Source of the DNA: Octopus sinensis
Taxonomy: Eukaryota
Assembly (NCBI RefSeq): GCF_006345805.1
Contig: NC_042998.1
Location: 103,540,001-103,604,000, forward strand
Length of the DNA stretch: 64,000 nt
Reading direction: 5' to 3'
Position numbers and translations under genes: made by a program. Positions within the stretch are counted from its first letter, which is position 1. Each line of letters opens with the position of its first letter. Under the pieces are notes generated by a model, which saw nothing but the letters and a program-made list of their open reading frames with translations, searched no databases and was not told the DNA's origin. Of this stretch, positions 24,761 through 37,401 are shown piece after piece.

Positions 24761-25070
24761 GGAGGTGCAATGGCCCAGTGGTTAGGGTAGCGGACTCGCG
24801 GTTGTAGGATCGCGGTTTCGATTCCCAGACCGGGCGTTCTGAGTGTTTATTGAGCGAAAACACCTAAAGCTCCACGGGGCTCCGGCAGGGGGTGGTGGCA
24901 ATCCCTGCTGTACTCTTTCGCCACAACTTTCTCTCATTCTTTCTTCTGTTGGCCTGCTCGCTTAGCCAGCGAGGTGGCGTCATTTGAAGGCTAAAACAAT
25001 GCGAAGCGCATTGTGACCAGCGATGTGTAGCAACATCTGATAGCCTGGTCGGTCACGGTGATCACGGTGA
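24761..25070 (+). mobile_element. tRNA-derived SINE family C, full length
   Basis: A-box tggcccagtgg, B-box-like ggtttcgattccc, 3' tail tcacggtga twice; near-identical copy at 26525-26803. Confidence 0.9.
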
Positions 25071-25514
25071 CATTTGCCTTTTATGCACTAAGTCCAAAGC
25101 GCTTGCGAATTCAATTTGTTTGCCGACATTATTGTATCTCTAAGTGGTTCAATTTATAAAATAGATCGGTTATTATAAAAATTTAGTTTTTTTTAAACTT
25201 TAAATGTGATATTTTGTAAGAGACGCGAACGTTAATCAAATATTTCCTAGGGATGTGTGGTTAGGAACTAACGATATAAACAAATAGGTTAGAAACCTCC
25301 AACTGGAAAGGCATCCCTCAATTTCCAGCTAAAAAAAGTGGGGTGCTTTAATGTTTTCGCTCGACATGATACCAATAGCAGCCAAATTACTTCAAGTTGC
25401 ACCTAGTTTTTTTTACGAAGTGAAAGACACATAGAGCAATGTAGGATGGTCACGTTTGATTCCGTTTGCATTATAGGTCGACTCAAGACTAACATCGTGA
25501 TCATGATCATCATT

Positions 25515-25755
<241 letters not shown>

Positions 25756-25994
25756 TGTGTTTCAATTGTAGGGAGAAATCCTGAATGCTCTTCTACAAAA
25801 TAAAATCCAGTCATCTGTTCAAGTCACCGGACGGGTTATATAATTTCACAAAGATGAACTCAGTCGTTGATAGCTTAAGCTCACATTCAGTAACCGTTAA
25901 ACGATGAGAACTACTCACGTCTCCGTCTAATGTCCGTCACACCATCGACTCGATTTTGATGCTGCTTGATATATGCTACTTGTCTTTTATATTT

Positions 25995-27258
<1,264 letters not shown>

Positions 27259-29941
27259 TTGTCAATAATTTGAAGTGATAAGTCAAAGTTTCGTGCAGTA
27301 TAATCATCTATATATTTTGTTAATTTTTTTTTTGCGGAGTTATTAAATCTGTTGTATAATGAAGGCATATCTAAGTCTTCTAGTAGACGGTTTGTGATTG
27401 TCTGTGCATCTGTAAGTTTGTTAAAGAGGTTATTAGAAAATTTGATTTAATCGGTAACTGCTTCGAATGATTGGCTTGTGTTAATATAGAATTTTCCATT
27501 AAGAAGGCCTCGATTTGTCTTTCTTTCGTGGTCGATAAAAAAAGGCGACCGAGGGAGGGGGTCAGCTGTTCGCTTCTCCAAATTCTGAGGCGTTGTTTTC
27601 TTTACTGTTTCTATAAATGAAAAAGGTGGTGAAGTGAAAGAATCCTCATGTGCAAAAAAAAAAAAAAAAAAAAAAAGGCTTGGCAGCATTTCTTCCGGCT
27701 CTTTACGCTCTGAATTTAAATGCTGTCGAGGACGACTTAACCTTCATCCTTTTGAGGTCAATTTAAATAAATATCAGTCAAGTATTGGTGGGGGCCATGT
27801 AAATAAATTCTCCCACCCCTTGAAATTTCTAACCGTGTGCCAAAATTTGAAACGAACGCACTGTTACGGGGTAAAATGTTTGTTTTCACTGAAATTTGAA
27901 CTTAGAAATTCGACTCATCATAGTAGTTACAGTAATATATCTAGAATGGCACTCAGTCAATTGAAATATAATTTATCTACAGGAAATTTTGCCGAGTACA
28001 CAAGCATTTTATTATCAGCTAAGTATATGAATATTACACTAATATCTAAAGACCTGATCTTTGTCACACAGCCAATGATTCAGAGAAGTAGATATAGTAG
28101 TTAATGTCATCAAACTGTGCATTGTAAATGATATATTTGACGTTGATATCGCGACATTTAAATATTCTCGTAAGTATCAGTAGAAAATAGATACACGTTT
28201 ACATAAGTTTGACTAATGACATGTATTGCTACAAACTGACAAGCGTTGCATCTAATTACTGCCAGACATACAGTATTAGATGTTTCACACAGTTAAATAA
28301 GTACATGCAATAGTGTTATCAGCAATGAAATCATGAACGACATCTTTAAAGTCAGTCATATCAGATCAGAAATCATGTAGCTGCCAACGGATTATAGTGG
28401 TCTTTACAGTTAAGACGTTATTGGAGTTGACTTATTGTATATCATGTGTTAAATAGATAAATTATCTACATTGTTACAGTGACATATTTATTCAGAAATC
28501 TCATGAAGAGCTATTGAATAATATCGGCATTCAAATTTTAGATAACAACTACTTGTATAAACGAAACCTAATTAATAACGGATACACGAATAAACTGGCA
28601 AAAGGAAAGTAAACCAGCATTCTGGAATTCAAGCTAAAACAACATTAACTCGGAACACAAGCCAGATAACATACTTTAAGAGACTGACTTAAAAAGAAAA
28701 TGGATGCTCATTTTAATATTGACTGTCAGAAATATATAGAGAAAGGAATAATTGTTTCGCGTCATAGGGAACTTGTTTGCGGTGGGAGCAATGAGAGAAC
28801 TTTTGTATCGTCGCTCGCCTTATAAAAACATACGCCATGCATCCAAACTAGTAAACTCCACTGCAATAAGAAAGGATACATTAGAATAAATAACAACAAA
28901 ATATACTGCCTCAAGACCCCACCCAAAATAGAAAATATAAAAATGAGGAAGAAAACAGATAGCCCAGGGTTGAATGTTCTTTAGCTGCATGTCTACATGA
29001 ATATGAATGCATTAAAAGAAGTGAATGAAGAGCAAGTTAATTCAACGATACTTTGTAAATGGTATACAATAAGCCAATACCAATAACATCTTAAACACCA
29101 TGACCACTAATGCCTGTGAAACTAAACGGTCAATAATATAATATGGCTTACTAGGGAATCTTCCGTTGTGTTGGTTGTTTTAAATTGGCTCTCGATATTT
29201 GGTACTTTATAATATTCTATAGTTACGTTTTATAATGGTTAGCTGCATTTGTCTGTAAAACACACTCAGCTATTTATATATATTGTATACGCAATGAATG
29301 CATATATGCACTTGAAAATGCTTATCATGTCACGTGCGCGTGTGTCAATACGTATTTATGTATGCACTGTGTTGTATGGTGTGTATTTGTGTGTATGTGT
29401 TATCATATGATTTATCCTATTCCTTACCTTCTCTTGGAGATCATTTTCGAAATCTTCTAGCGCTTGATTTATTTTCTTCTCGCATTGGCCAGGGCCCTTT
29501 ACATTCAGCATCATTTGCTCACCGTCGCTACGTCTCCCACTCAATTGTTTCCCACCCTTGCTTTTTCATACAGCAACAGAGTTTATATGCATACATATCT
29601 ATATATGCATATTGAACAACTCAAGATTATCGTTAAAGTTTCTTGGAATCAAAGGCTCTTGACTAATGCACTGAGTTATGGTTCCGAAAACAGAACCAAG
29701 TTATGACGAAACAAAGTACTTAACGACACGACCATACCCGCACCTGCGTGTCATATCTTGATATACTTTTCTGTCAAATTTGCAGTATATTCATAACAGT
29801 ACATTGATGTTCGCTCTAATATCTAAAGATAGACAATGTTCGCCTTACAGATACAAAGATTGCACATTTTTCGTCAAATTTCATCTTCGAAAATTGATGC
29901 TTTTGTCATAATTGCTGTTTTCATTATTTTTGTTGCAGTTA

Positions 29942-30160
29942 AGGCGGCTAGCTGGCAGAATCGTCAGCACGCTAGACAAAATGCTTAGCGGTATTTCGCC
30001 CGTCTATACGTTCTGAGTTTAAATTCTGCCGAGGTCGACTTTGCCTTTCATCCTTTCGGGGTGGATGAAATAAGTACCAGCTGCGTACTGGAGTCGATCT
30101 AATCGGCTGGCCACCTCCCTAAAAATTTCAGGTCTTGTGCCTATAGTAGAAAGGATTATT
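29942..30160 (+). mobile_element. SINE family A, short-tail subtype
   Basis: Head ggcggctagctggcagaatcg; tail aaaatttcaggtcttgtgcctatagtagaaaggattatt. Confidence 0.9.
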
Positions 30161-30824
30161 TTTGTTGTGGTTAGGGGATGAGTTATCAAATAGAAATTTG
30201 AGAGTATATATGACAGTGACGGGCAACTATATTGAGAGTTTTTCCATTAAATATGGCACAAAAGTTAAAACAAAGAATTACAATGGTAAATTAGATAAAA
30301 AAACAAAACGAAAGAATGAAATAATTTCCGTTTAATGAAAAATCAAATCCAAACATTTTATTCGATTCTGTTTCTTCTTCAATTGTATATTACACAATAT
30401 ACCCGCGTACCCGTGATTTAGTGTTGGTTTCCGGTTTTTTTCTCAAAGTTTTGTTCCGGTTTCTTCTCTATATTACATGATACATCAGTTGGCAATAAAC
30501 AACTAGATGCACTATTTACATACACACACACACACACACACACATAATTTTTTATATCATTTAGTCAAACTCTTAATTACTCCGATTTTCACATTTTATT
30601 TTTGCTTCTGTTTTTATTTTTTTTTTATTTTACAATAGTACATATCGTAATATTACAAGTAATATACAATACTGTAAAATTGTAAAAGTACAAAAATAAA
30701 ATGTAAATATTAGACTACGTCGGAATTTAACCGACTTATTTATCTACACACAATTTTACAAACTCTGAAGTAAATGTGTGTATGTGTATGTGTTTGTATG
30801 TATGTATCTCTCTCTCTCTCTCTC

Positions 30825-30892
<68 letters not shown>

Positions 30893-31019
30893 ATAATATA
30901 TATATATATATATATTGTATATATATATATATAATATATATATATATATATTATATATATATATATATATGTATATGTATGTATATATATATACAACAAG
31001 AAATAATATTTGTCACTTA

Positions 31020-31976
31020 TAGAAACAAAAGAGTTTATAGGACTGCAAAAGAAGTGCTCAAATATAAATGAGACGAAGATAAAGAAATATTAGTTATTGA
31101 ACAAATATTAAATTTGGGTCAACGACTTTACATACAACACCATCCCTCAAACATTTGATCATATATAAAGAAACACCATGGTCTACACACACATAAAAAT
31201 TAATACATATACATAAAATCACAGAAGGTAAAAATATATATTCTAATAAAATACAAATAGAACGGTTTATCAAAAGTTAAATATAACGACTAAAAATTCA
31301 AAACTACCAAAAAATCTTAATGGACTAATATAAAATAAATAGATAAAAATAAAAATAAAATAAAATAAGTGTCCACCGACTAAAAAGATTTATCAGACGA
31401 TTAAAATATTAAAAAAAATTTTTTTAATGTATAATCTTCTCAATAAAAGTTTTGATCTGTGCATGTTTCGTGTTTCATGTTTATCCTGATGAAGGAGGGA
31501 GGTCATCGCCATGATGCACTTTCGTTTAAATGAACTGCGGTGGTGAGCTCCCGAAATGGCCATAGATGTATGTGAATGTTGAATTTGACCGGTGATATAT
31601 GTTTATTATGAACTTTGAACGTACTTGTGTGAGTGAAATAAAAAAACTTTTTCAAGATGTATGTGAGTTTGACCTGTGGAAGTCTGCTTACTTGTGAACT
31701 ATGGATATATTTGCGTGAGGGAAGTAGAAAACTTTTTCTAATATTTAAAAAAGATCTTTTATAGTTTAAAAAATATTTTAATCGTCCGATAAATCTTTTT
31801 AGTCGGTGGACACTTATTTTAATTTATTTTTATCTCTATTTATTTTATATTAGTCCATTAGGCTTTTCGGTAGTTTTGAATTTACAATCGTTATATTTAA
31901 CGTTTAATAAGCCGTTCTACTTGTATTTTATTAGAATATATATTTTTACCTTCTGTGATTTTATGTGTATATATTA
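31020..31976 (+). mobile_element. Probable Penelope-like element remnant with inverted pseudo-LTR architecture
   Basis: Inverted arms of about 205-210 bp (31201-31410 and 31772-31976) flank a spacer containing a hammerhead motif. Inverted terminal segments and hammerheads are known Penelope-like features, but no RT or endonuclease motif was recognised here. Confidence 0.55.
31476..31574 (+). ncRNA. Type I hammerhead ribozyme candidate
   Basis: CTGATGA 31486-31492; GAAA 31553-31556; palindromic stem III ATGGCCAT then A (UA cleavage site at 31563-31564); stem I catgtttatc/gatgtatgtg; stem II gggag-g-tcatcgcc/ggtggtga-g-ctccc. Confidence 0.6.
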
Positions 31977-32049
31977 TTCACCAACAGCATTCATATTCAA
32001 CAGCAATAAGAAGTCTTGAATTGGAAAAATATCATCTGCAGATCAGTAT

Positions 32050-32890
32050 GAAAACCTGCATAGACAACCAAAGAACTACAGAGGAAAACTAGGTAATCAA
32101 AAACAAAAAATAAAAAATTCAAGCAGAACCCCAAAGTGTTCTATTCATATTCCAAGAAGCATAGGACTGCTATCTAACCTGTTGGTCCACTGATATGTTA
32201 TAACAGCGTTCTCCACCATGACGCTAAATAAAGGGCTGAAGTACTGTACCAAGAATATTGCGCTGTTTGTAATGATCCCATTGATACTGATTCAAGGGAC
32301 CTGAACGAACTCAATCCTCTACGCATTTTCTCTGCCACAACTTTTACTGTCTTGGACATCATAACAGCAATAAATGGAATCAATTATTTTTCTGCAGTAG
32401 GGTCTGGTAGATTCCGTTAGTGTCCTACAGGAAGGCAGACACTAATTAGCAATCCATCTAACGAACCTCTGGATAAACTCTTTAGACTCAGCCTGTACAA
32501 CGAAACAGCTCTTATCCCAATCTGTTATCTAGATTTTCACAAACGACCTTAACATTAGAATCAGAATTCACCTATGGTTAGGGCCACGTGCCATACACTC
32601 TCAACACAATTCAGGCTCACAGCATATAAATTCATTGTGACACAATTTATTTTCCTCAACAGGCATTGCTCTATTTCTCAAAACAAATCAAAGAAGAAAA
32701 CGATCCAATGACCTTCATACGATAGCTGGATAAACTTCTTCAAGAGATATCAGATACGCCACCTACACCTGGATACATCTCAGTCAACAAAAAACTCCTT
32801 ATTTGAATTGGCGACGATAACACAAAATTACTTAGCAGATGCTATCAGGTGGTACTATTAAGTTAGAGCCGGCCTGGGTCAATCTTTGGC
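32050..32890 (+). mobile_element. CR1/L2-group LINE 3' end remnant, degenerate
   Basis: Translation near 32702: DPMTFIR*LDKLLQEISDTPPTPGYISVNK, resembling the FK..LD.FL..IPD.P..PGY C-terminus of invertebrate CR1-group LINEs. Confidence 0.55.
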
Positions 32891-33490
32891 TTAGTCATAT
32901 TTAAGTTATATATAGTTACATTTAAAGTCCCTTATTTAGAAATTGAAAAATGAAATAATGTAGCATTTTGCATTTTGTTAGTTTTTAGGTTTCAATAAAA
33001 TTTTGTCAAACCTGTGAATATCTTTTAGCACACACGCACACACACATATATATATATGATGAAAGAAGATTCATTATCTTAAACAGTTCATTATAGCAGT
33101 AATCCTCTTGAACTTTTCAGACACACGTATTATGACCTGCAGTATGGGTCAGGCAGCTGGTAGTATGAACAGCAGAAAAGTAGACCAGCTATCCTGAAAT
33201 CCTTAAACCATAGCAAGCAACTCACGCATGAATGTTATGGGAGTTGGATGAAGGTTGGTGTGAATTGTGAAAGAATAAAGAGAGTGGGTGAGATGAGACA
33301 TACATTTAGAAATCCAACTGATCTGAGCTTGACTGTTTTATATTAATGTTTAAGGAACTTTTCAATCAACATATCGTTCACTGAAGAAAACACGTAGTAA
33401 ATGATCCATAAGCACTCGAGCAAACTAAGTGTTCAAGTTGTTCCATTTGCTAAAAGGTTTCCAAGGCACCACCAGACCTTAAGACACATG

Positions 33491-33572
<82 letters not shown>

Positions 33573-34639
33573 TATATATATATATACATATATTTATATA
33601 GAAAGTGCGGGGGAAAGAAGTGTTTGTCTTTATGATAAAAAAATATCTTAACAGCCCAAGAGGGTTGCCATAGTACTCCCACGTAGTACCCAGGATTAAT
33701 GGCTGCTTTTTATTTTGAAGCTTTTAGTTGTAAGGAATAACTCAGTCAACCTATTCGTTAAAAAATGTGAAAGATAAATACGCTACCTTTCCTACGATGT
33801 ACGGATACAAACACTTTCTCGTATACAACGTCACATAAATATATATTATGCAACATACTTATATAAGAGTTATATCTATATATGTACTATATACGCAACG
33901 CGCACACAAACATATATATGCATGCTTGTTTATATACTATATAAGTCATTCTCTCTCTCTCCCCTACTCTTTCTAGACACACACAGACACACACATATAA
34001 CCTGTAACGTTTTATTTGGAACAATGAACTGGCAGCTGTTCTTGGTTCTATATCGTAGTCGGGGATCATGAGATTGTTATTGACTTAGTTTAGAATTCAT
34101 TATTAATCAAGTGTTAATTGTTCCAAACGAAGCATGAAAGACAATAATAGGGATAGATGAAATATAATTAGTAAAAGCCTTTATAATACATGCCACCGTA
34201 AATACACTGAAACGTATATATATATTTGTATATTAACCTTATTTGTTCATATATGTATATGTGCGTGTGTATATAAGTTGGTTGTAGCGGATTCGATGCC
34301 CGGTCCGTATGTTAGAATGAGAGTTAAAGCGCGAAGGGTGAGCGTACGTAGGATGGGAAAGGCAGCCGAAAGGGTCACGTGCTGGTTATGGAACAAAATA
34401 GATCAGTTAAGTTGAAAGCCAGGTGGAGATGATGAGCAGTGATTTAGCCATTTCTGCTGTCGCACCAACGGAGTTGGGGTGAGATTTTAGGTTCAGTGTC
34501 GAAAGGTCCGATAATCGTTGGATACCGTCTCGTGTCATCGGTTCCTCTTGGTCAAAGCTTCATTCACTTTGGTGAGTGGAAAAGAAGCACCTTCTAGGTG
34601 GTATCAATAACTCTCTCTCTCTCTCTCTCTCTTTCTCTT

Positions 34640-34657
34640 TCACACACACTCACACAT

Positions 34658-34738
<81 letters not shown>

Positions 34739-34759
34739 GACACTGACAGACAGGCAAAC

Positions 34760-34826
<67 letters not shown>

Positions 34827-34845
34827 AAGATAGATAGATAGATAG

Positions 34846-34880
<35 letters not shown>

Positions 34881-34900
34881 TAGAGAGATAAGCAGGCAGT
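34640..34900. repeat. Compound (CA)n(TA)n(GATA)n microsatellite
   Basis: Direct reading of the sequence. Confidence 0.95.
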
Positions 34901-35165
34901 CAGATCAGTAGTTAGGTAGATAAGGGAGAGAAAAATGAGACTGAATGAAAGATAAATCTCGAAAGCGGATGCATGCATGATTAATAAGATTTTAAACGCG
35001 TGTAGTTATATAACTATAACTTTGAATTTTCACTTCTACCTATCATCTATGATCTACGTGTTTGTTATTTCACTGCAATGTTATAAACAATGATTATAAA
35101 AAGTGCATTGTTTTATCTTGATCTGCTTATAAACACACACAGGTGCACACGCAGTCATATATATA

Positions 35166-35212
<47 letters not shown>

Positions 35213-35337
35213 GCATAAAACACACGCGCACTCACTTACACACACACATATATACACACATCTATATATGCATACAGATACCTACTTGTTTATACACCTG
35301 TATTCGTCTTCTGTTTTTCTGTAAATTTCAACTATAT

Positions 35338-35369
<32 letters not shown>

Positions 35370-36531
35370 ACATAAAATTCAGGGTGAATACTTGATAAGC
35401 ACCTGTATATGCCAGCTAGAGGCATAGGTGAGAGGATATATGTATATGCGGCTGAAGAGGGCTTTTAAACTATCTGTTATGTCGATTATGCATTGATGTA
35501 AGAATAAGTTGTTCTATAAAGCTCGAAACATATGTACCGCAACATCCTCTGTATCCTGTTTTTCATTTATTTCATTTGATACACACACATATATATATAT
35601 CTATAGGAGGTTAAGTCAAAAATTATCCGCACTTCCACCATAATGTATCTTTATTATTGTTACACTGCCTTCTGCGTGTGCGTGCTTATAGTTGCTACTA
35701 TTGTCGTCACGTGATCGAAGTTTGAGCCTGATCTCGCCATTTTTCTTTCTGGCATACACTGTATATATATGTGTGTATACACATACACATTTTATTTGTG
35801 GATTAACAAGGCTATCAGAGATTTCATGTGAAAAGATTTTGACGATTCTTCAAGCGTGCCACATGGAAATTTTGGCATCCGTTATCTATGCATGCACACA
35901 AGCACATACACTGATATGCACACACACACACTAACCTGAAACTTCGAAATCATTGCCACTCTTACCTTTCAAATTTGTTGTTTTGAAATATGTGTTTGCC
36001 CCGAGTGATGCTTCAATAAACATATTATTGTTTTGTATTTAACTATAACTGACATCAGCCGATATGTGTGTGTGTGCGTATTACTACGTAAAATATATAT
36101 TTAATATATTTTACAATTTTAACATAACGATACACACACACGTATATATGCATACGTACATACATACAATTCATACATACATAAATACATGTGTGTGTGT
36201 TTGTGTGTATATGTGAGCGTGTATGTATATACCTATCAACCAAATAGGTATGTACAAACCTATCAACCGAATTTCTCCCATTGTATCCCGAAGGTAACTG
36301 GACTTTTATTTTTTATTAACCTGTATGATAAGAGATTTCGGTGGAGTTTATTTTGGGCCGGTTATCTTTAAACATGAGGACATTGGAATATTTAAGATCT
36401 TTAGTAATGAGTTATAAAAGCAACTGAGTTATAAAAGTATATGTATGTACAAGGTTTGTAAGAGGGGAAAGGTTCAGCCAGTACATCGGCCCAAGATCCA
36501 GACAGCTAAAGGGGTACCCATGACCTTCTGC

Positions 36532-36586
36532 AGCACCCACTCCCTAAAAAGTCGTCAGAGACGATTTCTTCTAGGGAGTGGGTGCT
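36532..36586. other. GC-rich inverted repeat forming a hairpin
   Basis: agcacccactcccta (36532-36546) pairs perfectly with tagggagtgggtgct (36572-36586); inner tcgtc/gacga pair around a 3-nt loop. Confidence 0.85.
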
Positions 36587-36682
36587 TTGAATTTTGAGAG
36601 AGCACCCTCCTTAAGAGTGCTGGGACCCGAAAGATCTCATTCTCCGTCAAACGAATCTTCTCTGATGTACGTTAATGGGTAT

Positions 36683-36757
<75 letters not shown>

Positions 36758-37401
36758 TGTGTGTGTGTGAGTGTGTGTCCAAAAATTACAACGTAATATA
36801 TAAAAAAGGAAACTTGAATGACAGAAAGAAAGAAAGAAAAAAGTAAGAAAGAAAAAGGTAGATTTAAAAAGGAAGCAAAAATAAGGATAACAGAAAATAA
36901 ATGAAGAATAATGTGAAAGACAAAAAATGAAAATAATAAAGAAAGAAGAAAAAGAACAAGAGAGAACGAAAATAAAATGGTACGAAAGAGCGAATGAATT
37001 AAAGAAGGCTACAGGAAAAAATAAAGGATGAGAAAGCAATATGAAAGAAAGAAAGAAGCAAATTTAGAATGATTGATTCCAGCATTGACTCGACAAACGG
37101 CTCTAAATTTTAGGTGCTTGTGATGATTAGCTAAATATGTTCAATTTCTGTTGCTGTTGCTGGTGCATGTATTGTTTGTTTTTTTAACCCAAAATTAGCC
37201 TTGGTCAAAAACGTTCCATCCATGACCATCCTCTATTCTCTTTTCTCCAGATACATGCTGTGTACCTAAAACACTGTTATTCAATAACTCCATCCTGTTT
37301 TGTGTGTTTGTATCTTCTGTTTGTTTTTTCTTAATTTCTGCCACATTGATATTTTTCTTCTATAGGCACGAGACCTGCAGTTATTATTATTATTATTATT
37401 A

